Assembly: GCA_964553245.1 (NCBI GenBank)
Contig: CAZKJM010000002.1
Location: forward strand, 5,878 to 69,877
Reading direction: 5' to 3'
From: an uncultured Gammaproteobacteria bacterium
Lineage (GTDB): Bacteria; Patescibacteriota; Microgenomatia; Levybacterales; UBA12049
Length of the DNA stretch: 64,000 bases
The position numbers and the translations under genes are program-made. Below the pieces are notes generated by a model that had not been told where the DNA came from, did not search any database, and saw nothing but the letters and a program-made list of their open reading frames with translations. Position 1 is the first letter of the stretch. Every line of letters begins with the position of its first letter. Positions 45,399 to 55,082 of this stretch are shown piece by piece.

Positions 45399-45698
45399 CT
45401 ATTTTAAACCCATTAACATTTCTCGAAGAGTTTTTGGAGCATTATCCGCTTTTGTTTTTTCTTCCTTTTTCTTTACGATTTTACTTTGGATATCCTGAGC
45501 TTTTTTTTGTTTGTTTGCAAATTTTTGGATTCTGGAAGCAGAATCAACAAATCTTTGCTCACCTGTATAAAAAGGATGACATTTATCACAAAGCTCTACA
45601 TGAATGATTTCCTGCGTAGAGCCGGTTGTAAATCTATTTCCGCATACGCAAATAACCTGCGCATTTTCAAAATATTGTGGATGAATTGCTTGTTTCAC
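45399..45698 (-). CDS. rpmE: 50S ribosomal protein L31 (Zn-ribbon type)
   Basis: MKQAIHPQYFENAQVICVCGNRFTTGST......VELCDKCHPFYTGEQR. Confidence 0.85.
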   Translation of the reverse strand: MKQAIHPQYFENAQVICVCGNRFTTGSTQEIIHVELCDKCHPFYTGEQRFVDSASRIQKFANKQKKAQDIQSKIVKKKEEKTKADNAPKTLREMLMGLK

Positions 45699-45851
45699 AA
45701 ATGTTATTATATCTAAATTTTGATCTTAATGCAAGGCAAATGCAATGCATTTATTTAATGTTAACCATTAATTGAATTTTTATTAAATTAATAATCATTT
45801 TCTGCTTTTTATTCTTGAAAGTTTTTTATCAATGTTTTAAAATACTGAACA

Positions 45852-46319
45852 ATGAAAGAAAAATTTTTAAACGTTTTTAGGAGAAAGCCAGATAAAGCAT
45901 CTAAGATAAATTGCGAAATTGCATTAGGAGAGATAAGACATTATTTAGAAAAAAATCCAAAAGCTTGCATTGCCGTTTATGATGATGCTCAAGAAAGATT
46001 CTACATAAAACACTTACGAGCGTTGCAAGAAGAAATGAGTAAAATTTCGCTGGAAGATAAAGATCAAATAACAATAAAGAAATCAGAAATTGAAACGGCT
46101 AAAAATACTTTAGGGCATATTTCGGAAACGAAAAGAAGAATGAAGATACAAGATCCATGTTATGGAAAATTTTTAGAAGAAGCATCAGGTTTACTAGATG
46201 AATTTGAAAATTCGTGTTTAAAAAGACTTTCGGAAAGGTACGGTATCTTACCTGCGATGGCAAATTTTTGTTCGCAGGTTCAAATTCTTGCCAGCGAAGT
46301 TAGTTCGTCAAGGAGTTGA
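45852..46319 (+). CDS. Hypothetical protein
   Basis: ORF only. Confidence 0.35.
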   Translation: MKEKFLNVFRRKPDKASKINCEIALGEIRHYLEKNPKACIAVYDDAQERFYIKHLRALQEEMSKISLEDKDQITIKKSEIETAKNTLGHISETKRRMKIQDPCYGKFLEEASGLLDEFENSCLKRLSERYGILPAMANFCSQVQILASEVSSSRS

Positions 46320-47488
46320 TTAGGGGATAATTCTTCCTGGGTTCGTTTTTGCATATTTTTGAGAATTAGTTTTTCTCCGACAATTATTACGTAGGGAATG
46401 GCTTCATTATTAGCATATTTTAATTGTTTTTCCAAATCTAAATTATTTCCTAAATAAACCTCGGTGTTAATTTTTTTATCTCTTAACTGTCGGGCAATTT
46501 TTAAAGATTGTTCAGTATTTTCCAAAGAGGGGATAGTCACTAAAACTTTAGTCGTTTGCAGGTTATTTGGAAAAAGATTTAATTCTTCCATTGCTTCTAT
46601 TAGCCTATCGAATCCAAAAGCAAATCCGACTGCGGGAATTTGCTTATTTGTAAACATCCCAATTAAATTATCGTATCTTCCTCCGCCAGCTACCATACCA
46701 CTAGAATATTCATCAATTTCAATTTCAAAAATTAAGCCAGTATAATAGTCAAGTCCTCTTGCAAGAATCGGTATGAACTCTACATTTTTTCCTTTTAATA
46801 TTTTTAATAATTCTTCCATTTCTTTCGTTGGTTTTTTGCTTTCAATTTTGCTTAATATTTCTTCAGCTTCTTTTTTTGAAAAACCGTTTTTTTCAATTTC
46901 TTTTAAAACATTTTCTTTTCCGATTTTTTTAATTTTATCTATAGCTCTAATAACACTTGCTAGCTTTTCGTCTGTTACTTCTAGATCAGTAAATACGCTT
47001 CTTGTATTAATTAGAATTTTAAAATTCTTAAATCCTAATTTTTTAAAACAATCTGTTGCAAGAGAAATTATTTCTGCATCGGAAAGGGAGGAATTAGTTC
47101 CAACAATATCTGCGTCAACTTGTAAAAATTCCCTGTATCTTCCCTTTTGTGTGTTTTCTGCGCGCCAGACATTTTGAATCTGATAACGCTTAAAAGGAAA
47201 TTTAATTTCGTTTTGATACTGTGCAACAACGCGGGCAAGAGGAACCGTTTGATCGTAACGAAGAGCTACTTTTCTCTTTCCATTATCTTCAAATTTGTAC
47301 ATTAGTTTTTCTCCTTCTTCGCCGTACTTTCCTGTTAAAATTTCTTCGTATTCAAGACTTGGTGTTTCAAGCGGCTTAAAACCATAAGATTCAAACACCT
47401 CTTTTAAGATGTTTAAAACATATTGTCTTTTTTTTGCTGTTTTTGGCAAAAAATCGCGAAATCCTTTTAGGGTCTTAGGCTCAATCAT
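46280..47488 (-). CDS. hisS: Histidyl-tRNA synthetase
   Basis: KGFRDFLP, LRYDQTVPLARV, KRYQIQNVWRAENTQKGRYREFLQVDADIVG (class II motifs), C-terminal anticodon-binding domain. Start set to MIEPKTLKG. Confidence 0.9.
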   Translation of the reverse strand: MIEPKTLKGFRDFLPKTAKKRQYVLNILKEVFESYGFKPLETPSLEYEEILTGKYGEEGEKLMYKFEDNGKRKVALRYDQTVPLARVVAQYQNEIKFPFKRYQIQNVWRAENTQKGRYREFLQVDADIVGTNSSLSDAEIISLATDCFKKLGFKNFKILINTRSVFTDLEVTDEKLASVIRAIDKIKKIGKENVLKEIEKNGFSKKEAEEILSKIESKKPTKEMEELLKILKGKNVEFIPILARGLDYYTGLIFEIEIDEYSSGMVAGGGRYDNLIGMFTNKQIPAVGFAFGFDRLIEAMEELNLFPNNLQTTKVLVTIPSLENTEQSLKIARQLRDKKINTEVYLGNNLDLEKQLKYANNEAIPYVIIVGEKLILKNMQKRTQEELSPNQLLDELTSLARI

Positions 47489-47520
47489 AATATTTATATG
47501 ATACCACAAAAGAAGCGAAT

Positions 47521-48531
47521 TTACTGGCGTTTTTCTTTGGGAATTTTATAAAGATGCCCGAGTTCTCTTATGATTATGCTTATTATGCTGATTACGGGAA
47601 TTGCAAATATTGCGCCTGTTGCGCCTGCGATTTTAAACCCTACAAGAAAAGATAAAAGAACAATTACGGGATGAATTCTAAATGTTTTTCCTAAAAGTTT
47701 TGGACCCCAAATATTATAAATCAATTGCTGGATTACAAGAATAAGAATTAAGATAATTATGGTTTTTGCCGGATCTTCAACAAGGCTTATAAAAACCGGT
47801 GGGATTAAAGCAAAATATGGTCCTATTACTGGAATTGCACCAAAAAAGCCTGCCAGTAACCCAACAGATGCTGCAAAATCAATTCCAAGTATTCTTAAAA
47901 CAAGCCATGTTGCGATTCCGTTTACTACTCCAAAAAGCAGTTGGACCTGAATAAAAGAAGAGAATGTTTGATTCGTTATTCTTCGGATATGTCTTAAATC
48001 CTCATGCCACTTATCGGGAACAAGATCAATTATTTCTTTCGAAATTTTTTCCTTGTCGATAATAAAATAAAAAGAGAGTATAAGAATTATTACTATCGAA
48101 AACAAAAAGTTAGCAACGGATGGAATATAAGAAATATAGTTATATAAGGAGCTTAGTAAATTATCGTTCCATTTTTTAACAAAATCCGGTGAAGTTTCTA
48201 GGTATTTTGGCAACATTAAAGAAAGCGTTTCGAATTGTTTGCTTACAACAGGTATAAAAAGAATAATAACTATCGTTAAAAGAAGTGCTGTAAAAAGGTA
48301 GGTAATTATCGTTGATAAAGTTAATGATAATTTTGTAAAACTGTTTATTTTTTTTGCAATCGGTTCGAGTATGAAACTTATTAGCCAGGAAAGAATTAAT
48401 ATTATAATAATATCTGAAAAATTTCCGAGTATTTTCCAGACGAAAGTTAAAAGATACATTCCAACAGCTAGTGTTAAAAGTATAGAGAGAAGCTTAATTG
48501 AAGATAATTCCTTTTTTATTTCATCAAACAT
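47521..48531 (-). CDS. AI-2E family transporter (UPF0118/PerM-like)
   Basis: 8-TM topology, length and hydrophobicity pattern typical of AI-2E. Confidence 0.6.
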   Translation of the reverse strand: MFDEIKKELSSIKLLSILLTLAVGMYLLTFVWKILGNFSDIIIILILSWLISFILEPIAKKINSFTKLSLTLSTIITYLFTALLLTIVIILFIPVVSKQFETLSLMLPKYLETSPDFVKKWNDNLLSSLYNYISYIPSVANFLFSIVIILILSFYFIIDKEKISKEIIDLVPDKWHEDLRHIRRITNQTFSSFIQVQLLFGVVNGIATWLVLRILGIDFAASVGLLAGFFGAIPVIGPYFALIPPVFISLVEDPAKTIIILILILVIQQLIYNIWGPKLLGKTFRIHPVIVLLSFLVGFKIAGATGAIFAIPVISIISIIIRELGHLYKIPKEKRQ

Positions 48532-48580
48532 ATCTACAAATTTATTATATAGGAATTTTTAGTTTTGCAAAAGAAGAAAT

Positions 48581-49363
48581 TTAGTCTTTTGTAATAGGGG
48601 TTAATTTTTTGCCACTACCTGTAGATGGAACAATTGTGGCGCCTTTTTCCAAGGCATCGGTTGCAATATTTATTTTTGGGTTTATTGGGATTTGCGGAAG
48701 CAAGATTATGGTTGATGCAGTAATTCTTTTATTGTCTTCTTTGTTTTCGTATCCAACAACGACGATATTTGTATTTTCCTCAATTTTAGAAAATCCTGAT
48801 TTTATAAGACCTGATGACTTATCATAAGAATAAGTTTTGGTTATATTTTCTATATCAACCGTTGTTTGTTTTTGATCTTTATCAACAACAATTAATGAAA
48901 ATTCTTTTTTGTTTATTAAAATTACAGCTCCATTTATAAATTTTGGTATGGTAATTAAATTTATTTCTCTTGCCAATATTCTTCTTGATTGCTTGTTGTA
49001 AATTCCTAATATTCCAATTGTTGTCCCTTTTTTTAGATCGGAAACACCAAAGCTTTTATCTGATGGTGAGTTAAATTTCGTAAGTTCGTCTAGATCTATA
49101 AATCTTTGGTTTTCATTCATCTCACTAATCGTTATTTGCGTGTCGGAAATATCGGTTACTGTTCCGATCGTTCCCTTTTTTTCGGTGAGCTTAAGTTGTG
49201 CAACTTTTGAAGCAATTCTTGATTTAAGATCATCCAGCTGATTTTTTTTAACAGTTGGAGTAGGGGATTCGGTTTCGGTTGATTCTTCAGAAATAGCATA
49301 TACGGATGAATTTATTGTCAGTAATAGGCATAATATTAAACAAAAAAACAAAGCTTTTTTCAT
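48581..49363 (-). CDS. Hypothetical secreted protein
   Basis: Signal peptide ALFFCLILCLLLTINSSVYA. Confidence 0.4.
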   Translation of the reverse strand: MKKALFFCLILCLLLTINSSVYAISEESTETESPTPTVKKNQLDDLKSRIASKVAQLKLTEKKGTIGTVTDISDTQITISEMNENQRFIDLDELTKFNSPSDKSFGVSDLKKGTTIGILGIYNKQSRRILAREINLITIPKFINGAVILINKKEFSLIVVDKDQKQTTVDIENITKTYSYDKSSGLIKSGFSKIEENTNIVVVGYENKEDNKRITASTIILLPQIPINPKINIATDALEKGATIVPSTGSGKKLTPITKD

Positions 49364-49365
49364 AA

Positions 49366-49791
49366 TTAAAATTCTTCTGTAGAGAAGGTTACAATTTTTT
49401 CTACGGTTTTTTCTTCTCCGTTTGCCGATATTGCCGTAATCCTAATAATATTTTGTCCGTCTTCTATGTTTACGGTTGTGGAAAAACTTCCTATGGCCGT
49501 TGGTTTTATAACTTGTTGATCTGATTTTGTAACTATTATGATTGTTGCATCTGTTTTTGTTTTGCCTATTACATTGACCACCTTTTTATCAAGCACTTTT
49601 TCGTCGGAGGGTTCCGAAATAGTTAAAAAAATTGTTTCTTCAGGAGTAGGTGAAGGATTTTTTACGGTAACTGTTTTTTGCTTTGAATCTGGTAATGATT
49701 TTGTAGTTTGATAGAAGTAAAAAGCTCCACCTGCAAATATTAATCCAACAGCAACAGCAATAAATGCTAGTACAATTTTTTCTTTCCTCAT
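49366..49791 (-). CDS. Hypothetical membrane-anchored protein
   Basis: N-terminal TM LAFIAVAVGLIFAGGAFYFY. Confidence 0.4.
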   Translation of the reverse strand: MRKEKIVLAFIAVAVGLIFAGGAFYFYQTTKSLPDSKQKTVTVKNPSPTPEETIFLTISEPSDEKVLDKKVVNVIGKTKTDATIIIVTKSDQQVIKPTAIGSFSTTVNIEDGQNIIRITAISANGEEKTVEKIVTFSTEEF

Positions 49792-49830
49792 ATGCGTTTC
49801 GGGACTTGATGATACAGTAAAAAGATTCTC

Positions 49831-50403
49831 TTGTCAAGAAAATCAGAATATGATAGGATTTTAAAAATGGACATAAATCTTCTCGACAAAAACACCTTAA
49901 AAATAAAACTAAAAAAAACAAACTTTGTTGTAGATCCTAAAGAGAAAACTCCAAAAACAAGTGCAGACGCAATTATAGCTTTAGATAGAGAAAGCTTTGA
50001 TGCAACCAGGGTAGCAGATTATAGAATTATTATTAAAGGCCCAGGGGAATATGAAATTGGAGGAATTAAACTAATCGGATATAAATACGATAACGAGTTT
50101 ACATCATACAGTTTTATAACAGGTAACATATCTGTTTTGGTTGGTAAAGTTAGTTCGCTTGAGAAAATATTAGATAAAATTGACGAGCACAAGATTGCAA
50201 TTTTGGATGTTGATGCAAAAATGAATCCATCAATAGTTACCGCAATCGAACCAAACTGTCTTGTTTTATATGGAGAGATGGTAAAAGAAGGATTAGAATC
50301 ATTGGGGAAAGAAGCATTAGAAAGAAAGACAGAACAATCACAAAAATTAACAATAAATGAGGATAAGCTTTCCGAAGAAATGCAAATAATTATTTTAGAG
50401 TAA
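49831..50403 (+). CDS. Hypothetical protein
   Basis: ORF only. Confidence 0.35.
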   Translation: MSRKSEYDRILKMDINLLDKNTLKIKLKKTNFVVDPKEKTPKTSADAIIALDRESFDATRVADYRIIIKGPGEYEIGGIKLIGYKYDNEFTSYSFITGNISVLVGKVSSLEKILDKIDEHKIAILDVDAKMNPSIVTAIEPNCLVLYGEMVKEGLESLGKEALERKTEQSQKLTINEDKLSEEMQIIILE

Positions 50404-50485
50404 TCTTTACGAGAGTAACCGCCTGTAATTATTTGACCTAATTTGTTCCAGTTGAAAATAAATTAAATAATAGTATTATTTCTGT

Positions 50486-51817
50486 ATGACAAAGATTAAA
50501 CTTCCACCACAAAACGAAGAGGCTGAGCAAAGCGTATTGGGAGGGATTTTAATAGATAAAGATTCTATCGGCACAGTTTCTCAAATTCTAAAACCTAAAG
50601 ATTTTTACAATGACATCAACGGTTTAATCTACGGGGCAATGCTTTCTTTATACGAAGAAAGAAAGCCAATAGACGTGCTGACTTTAACAGCAAAGCTAAA
50701 AAAAGAAAAATTAAGCGAAAAAATTGATTCCAGTTATTTAACAGAATTGGTAAATAGTGTTCCGACGGCAGCGAATATAGAGCACTATGCATTGTTAATA
50801 AAGGAAGCATCAACAAAAAGACAATTAATACAAATAGGAACCCATATTGCGGAAATGGGATATATGGAGGATAAGGAAGTCAATGAGCTTATAAATACCG
50901 CCGAGACTTCTGTTTTTTCAATTTCTCAAGGACATACTTTAAAAAGTTTTATTCCCATTAAAGACGCATTAGCAGGAAGTTTTGACAGAATTGATGAGCT
51001 TCATAAAAAAGGCGCAGGCTTAAGAGGAGTTAAGACAGGATTCGTTGATTTGGATAATATTCTTTCTGGAATGCAGCAATCTAACTTGATAATTTTGGCA
51101 GCTCGCCCTGGTCAAGGAAAAACAGCCATGATTGTAAATATTGCTCAATATATTTCTGTTAACGAAAAACAGCCGGTTGGAATTTTTTCTTTGGAAATGA
51201 GTAAAGAAGAATTAGTAGACAGGCTTTTAGTTGGCCAGTCAGACGTGGATGCATGGAAATTAAAAACAGGTAAGCTATCTGAGTCGGATTTTACAAAACT
51301 ATCTCAGGCAATGGGGGAGTTAGCAGATGCCCCTATTTTTATAGACGATACTCCGGGAATTTCGGTTTCTGAAATGAGAACTAAAGCAAGAAGGCTTCAA
51401 CTGGAATACGGAATAAAGCTTTTAGTTGTTGATTATCTTCAGCTAGCGGATCCTGGAAGAAGGTATGATAATAGAGTTCAGGAAGTTTCTATTATTTCGC
51501 AGGCTTTAAAAAATTTAGCAAGAGAACTTAAAATACCGATCATTGCTGCTTCGCAGCTTTCTCGTGCAGTTGAACACAGAGGGGAAAGAAAGCCTCAATT
51601 GGCTGATTTAAGGGAATCTGGAGCCATTGAGCAGGATGCTGATGTGGTTATGTTTATTTATAGACCTGATCCTGATGTTATTTCTAATATAATTCCAACA
51701 AAATTGCTTATAGCAAAACACAGGAATGGTCCAGTAGGAGAGGTGGATTTACTTTTTAGAGGAGATAGGATAAGATTTTATAATGTGGAGAAAAAAATGG
51801 AGGGAGGTGATAAGTAA
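50486..51817 (+). CDS. dnaB: Replicative DNA helicase DnaB
   Basis: PQNEEAEQSVLGGILID, Walker A ARPGQGKT, LVVDYLQL, SQLSR. Confidence 0.9.
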   Translation: MTKIKLPPQNEEAEQSVLGGILIDKDSIGTVSQILKPKDFYNDINGLIYGAMLSLYEERKPIDVLTLTAKLKKEKLSEKIDSSYLTELVNSVPTAANIEHYALLIKEASTKRQLIQIGTHIAEMGYMEDKEVNELINTAETSVFSISQGHTLKSFIPIKDALAGSFDRIDELHKKGAGLRGVKTGFVDLDNILSGMQQSNLIILAARPGQGKTAMIVNIAQYISVNEKQPVGIFSLEMSKEELVDRLLVGQSDVDAWKLKTGKLSESDFTKLSQAMGELADAPIFIDDTPGISVSEMRTKARRLQLEYGIKLLVVDYLQLADPGRRYDNRVQEVSIISQALKNLARELKIPIIAASQLSRAVEHRGERKPQLADLRESGAIEQDADVVMFIYRPDPDVISNIIPTKLLIAKHRNGPVGEVDLLFRGDRIRFYNVEKKMEGGDK

Positions 51818-52083
51818 TGGATGATGTAATGAACCAAGGACAACAGCCAGTTTCTCAACCTACACCAAATATTCCAACCGAGACACCAAGTGTTCCTACA
51901 GAAACACCTGATGTTCCGGGGCAAGTTCCTCCTCCGCCAGCAGAGCCAGTAGTTCCGCCGGTAACTCCGGTTGAACCACCAGTTCAAGCGCCAGTTTCGG
52001 AATCCCAAGTTCCAGAACAGGCACCAGTCGCGGGAGAACAGCCCGTACAAGGCGATGAGCAAAATACACAGGTTGGAGCTTAA
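51817..52083 (+). CDS. Hypothetical Pro-rich small protein (PxxP/PVxP repeats). GC-rich relative to its surroundings
   Basis: ORF starts at the dnaB stop (TAATGG overlap) and is followed by a strong terminator. An antisense W/R-rich ORF is its mirror image. Confidence 0.4.
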   Translation: MDDVMNQGQQPVSQPTPNIPTETPSVPTETPDVPGQVPPPPAEPVVPPVTPVEPPVQAPVSESQVPEQAPVAGEQPVQGDEQNTQVGA

Positions 52084-52088
52084 TTTAT

Positions 52089-52140
52089 AATGGGTTAAAA
52101 TAATGTGTTTAAGTGTTGTTTTAACCCATTATGTTTTATA
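52089..52140 (+). terminator. Rho-independent terminator (12-bp stem)
   Basis: aatgggttaaaa ... ttttaacccatt inverted repeat followed by a T-rich tail. Confidence 0.65.
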
Positions 52141-52166
52141 ATAAATAGCAATAAGTCATAATCATT

Positions 52167-52793
52167 ATGTTTTCATTAGAGCAAATTATTGAATGGCTTT
52201 TGATTTATAAATATATTGTTCTTTTTCCGATAATGGTAATAGAGGGTCCGATAATTACTATTATTGCAGGTTTTTTGTCATCATTGGAGCTTTTAAGCAT
52301 TTACATTGCTTTTTTAGTTGTTGTTGTGGCTGACTTAACAGGAGATTTTATTTATTATTCAATAGGTAGGTGGGGAAGAAAAAAATTTATAGACAAATGG
52401 GGAAAATATATAGGAATTGATCCAGCGAGAATAGGAAGACTCGAGGATCATTTTCTAAAACACAGAAAAAAAACATTGATTATCGGAAAAATTTCACACG
52501 CAATTGGTGCTCCTATATTGGTTGCTGCAGGAATAGTGAAGGTTCCAATAATAGAATTTTTATGGGTTAATCTTCTGGCAACTTTGCCCAAATCTTTTTT
52601 ATTTCTTTTTATCGGTTATCATTTTGGACAGGCTTATGTAAAGCTAGATCAATACTTAGATTATTTTACGATAACGTTTATTATCATTGGAGTCACTTTC
52701 GTTTTGATTTATTATCTGTATAATAAATATAAGCTTAAGTATAGAATGTTTTTGGACAAACTAAGAAAAGAAGATATATTAGATATTGAATGA
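52167..52793 (+). CDS. DedA-family (VTT/SNARE-associated) membrane protein
   Basis: Topology and motifs G..L..L.....P.IPGE-like (VLFPIMVIEGPIITIIAGF, GRWGRKKF). Confidence 0.65.
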   Translation: MFSLEQIIEWLLIYKYIVLFPIMVIEGPIITIIAGFLSSLELLSIYIAFLVVVVADLTGDFIYYSIGRWGRKKFIDKWGKYIGIDPARIGRLEDHFLKHRKKTLIIGKISHAIGAPILVAAGIVKVPIIEFLWVNLLATLPKSFLFLFIGYHFGQAYVKLDQYLDYFTITFIIIGVTFVLIYYLYNKYKLKYRMFLDKLRKEDILDIE

Positions 52794-53986
52794 GAATTGC
52801 AATTTTTTCCGATAACTTTTATCCTGAAATAAGTGGGATTTCCGATTCAATTATAACTACCGGAAAAGAACTGGCAAAATTAGGTCATAAAATAAATTTT
52901 TTTGCTCCAAAATATTCTCGAAAAAATTACGATTTATTAAAGCTTCCAAATGAAGAAATTAATTTAGGAGAGAATATTAGGGTTACAAGGTTGACCTCTT
53001 TTCCTTATCCAACTGGAACCGCGCAAAGCAGACTTGTTATTCCATGTGGTTTTTCTCTATCTGCGGTAAAAAAGTTTAATCCCGATATAATTCATACAAA
53101 TGACATAGCTAGCATGGGTATAGAAGCCTTAATTTGCGCAAAATTTCTTAAAAAACCATTAGTCGGGACAGATCATACTCCAATGGTTGAATTTTTAAAG
53201 TATTCACCAATTAAGGGTAAATTTATTCAGTCAATGATATCAAGATATGATGCATTGTATTATAATCAATGCAATTTTGTTTCCTCGCCGTGTAATGCAA
53301 TCTTCGAAGAAATTGAAAAATTTGGATTCAATAAACCGGTTCATAAAGCTCTTTCTAATCCTATATATATTGAAGAATACAAACCGGTTAAAAATAAATG
53401 GTCTCTTAAAAAAAAGTACGGTTTGTTTGATTACTCAATTCTTTATATGGGAAGACTAGCTTTCGAAAAAAGAATAGATATTTCTTTAAAAGCCTTAGCA
53501 AAACTGGTAAGAAAATATCCGAAGATAGGTTTTGTGATTGCAGGAAAAGGAGCTGTTGAAAAAGATTTAAAGACCTTAACTAAAGAATTAGATTTAGAAA
53601 ATAATGTTAAGTTCTTTGGGTTCTTAAAAGATAAAAAAGATATGGTTGGAATTTATAATGCTTGTGATCTTTTCTCTATGACAAGTATTGCAGAAACGCA
53701 AAGCATTGTAATGATGCAAGCAATGGCTTGTAAAATACCTGTTATTGCTGTAAAAGCTTGGGGATTAAAAGAGTATGTTAACGAAAAAAATGGAATTCTT
53801 ATCAATGTAAACAACCCAGATGAATTAGCGGAAAAAATTGAATATTTATATAATAACCCTAGTGTTTCAGAGAAACTTGGAGAAGGAGGTAGGGATTTTG
53901 TGGAAAATTTTTCACCGATAAAAATCGCAAAAGAATGGGAAAGCATATACGAAGAAACAATAAAAAGCTACAAATCCTCGAGATAA
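52790..53986 (+). CDS. Glycosyltransferase family 4 (GT-B)
   Basis: N-terminal RIAIFSDNFYPEISGISDS, C-terminal E.....E motif region (ETQSIVMMQAMACKIPVIAV). Confidence 0.8.
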   Translation: MRIAIFSDNFYPEISGISDSIITTGKELAKLGHKINFFAPKYSRKNYDLLKLPNEEINLGENIRVTRLTSFPYPTGTAQSRLVIPCGFSLSAVKKFNPDIIHTNDIASMGIEALICAKFLKKPLVGTDHTPMVEFLKYSPIKGKFIQSMISRYDALYYNQCNFVSSPCNAIFEEIEKFGFNKPVHKALSNPIYIEEYKPVKNKWSLKKKYGLFDYSILYMGRLAFEKRIDISLKALAKLVRKYPKIGFVIAGKGAVEKDLKTLTKELDLENNVKFFGFLKDKKDMVGIYNACDLFSMTSIAETQSIVMMQAMACKIPVIAVKAWGLKEYVNEKNGILINVNNPDELAEKIEYLYNNPSVSEKLGEGGRDFVENFSPIKIAKEWESIYEETIKSYKSSR

Positions 53987-54032
53987 ACATTATTGTTTTA
54001 ATTTTTCTTTTAGATATAATACTTTTATAGTT

Positions 54033-54950
54033 ATGAAATTAAGTTTTGTTATTCCGGCATATAACGAAGAAGCGTATGTAGGAAAATGTCTGGAGTCGAT
54101 TTTTAAAGACGCAGAAGGAAAAAATTATGATTACGAAGTAATCGTAGTAAACAATGCTAGTACAGATAATACAAAAAAAATCGCCTCCTCATTTAAAAAA
54201 GTTAAAGTTGTTGATGAGCCTAAGAAAGGTTTGGTTAATGCCAGAAGAGCGGGGTATTTGGTTTCAAAAGGAGATTTAATTGCTAATGTAGATTCCGATA
54301 CCATTTTAACTCCCGGATGGATAGATAGAGTTTTCTACGAATTTTCAAAAGACAAGAATTTGGCTGCATTATCAGGTCCGTTTTTATATTATGATGTTTC
54401 CAAGTGGATGGTTAAAACAGTAAGAATATTTTATTACTATGCTTTTGGTGTTTATTTATTAAACAGGTTTGTTTTAAAGCAGGGTTCGATGATTCAGGGA
54501 GGTAATTTTGTAGTGAGAAGATCCAGCTTTGTAAAAGCAGGAGAATTTAATGATGATTATGACTTTTATGGAGAAGATGCAGACGTTGCAAGAAGGCTTC
54601 ATAAAGTCGGACCGGTAAAATGGACTTTTAATTTTCCAATATATGCTTCAGCAAGAAGACTCGCCAAGGAAGGTCCGGTTACTACTTCTTTTAGGTATAC
54701 TATTAATTATATTTGGACATTTTTATTTAAAAAACCATTTTCCAAAACCGCAAGCGATGTAAGATTTGCGAAAGTTAACAAAATTTTACAAATTAATCCA
54801 GAGAATAAAAAAACAGAAATTATTGGTTCGGTTATTACAGTATTAGCATTAGCGCTTCTGCCATTAACGATAGTAGGTTTTGTTTATCATATTATGCGTA
54901 ATAAACTGCCTGTGGTAGCAAGAAATTCAAAAAATAAATTATTTGATTAA
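54033..54950 (+). CDS. Glycosyltransferase family 2 (GT-A) with a C-terminal TM
   Basis: SFVIPAYNEE, VIVVNNASTDNT, DSDT (DxD) motifs. Confidence 0.8.
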   Translation: MKLSFVIPAYNEEAYVGKCLESIFKDAEGKNYDYEVIVVNNASTDNTKKIASSFKKVKVVDEPKKGLVNARRAGYLVSKGDLIANVDSDTILTPGWIDRVFYEFSKDKNLAALSGPFLYYDVSKWMVKTVRIFYYYAFGVYLLNRFVLKQGSMIQGGNFVVRRSSFVKAGEFNDDYDFYGEDADVARRLHKVGPVKWTFNFPIYASARRLAKEGPVTTSFRYTINYIWTFLFKKPFSKTASDVRFAKVNKILQINPENKKTEIIGSVITVLALALLPLTIVGFVYHIMRNKLPVVARNSKNKLFD

Positions 54951-54953
54951 GGG

Positions 54954-55036
54954 TGGGCAAGGAGAGATTCGAACTCTCAAGGTCTTGCAACCAATAGTTT
55001 TTGAGACTATCGCGTATACCGTTCCGCCACTTGCCC
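54954..55036 (-). tRNA. tRNA-Leu (anticodon CAA), type II with a long variable arm, CCA not encoded
   Basis: Manual fold of the reverse complement: acceptor GGGCAAG/CUUGCCC, D-arm, anticodon stem AUAGU/ACUAU with loop CUCAAAA, 15-nt variable arm, T-arm GAGAG-UUCGAAU-CUCUC, discriminator A. Confidence 0.75.
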
Positions 55037-55082
55037 TTATTTAGCTTTGCGTTTTGAACCTCTCTATTATATAATTTAGTTT

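Noticed and set aside
51778-52062. Minus-strand 94-aa Trp/Arg-rich ORF
   Set aside because: It is the antisense image of the Pro-rich plus-strand ORF (CCN vs NGG codons). The plus strand has start-codon coupling to dnaB and a downstream terminator, so the minus-strand ORF is considered spurious.
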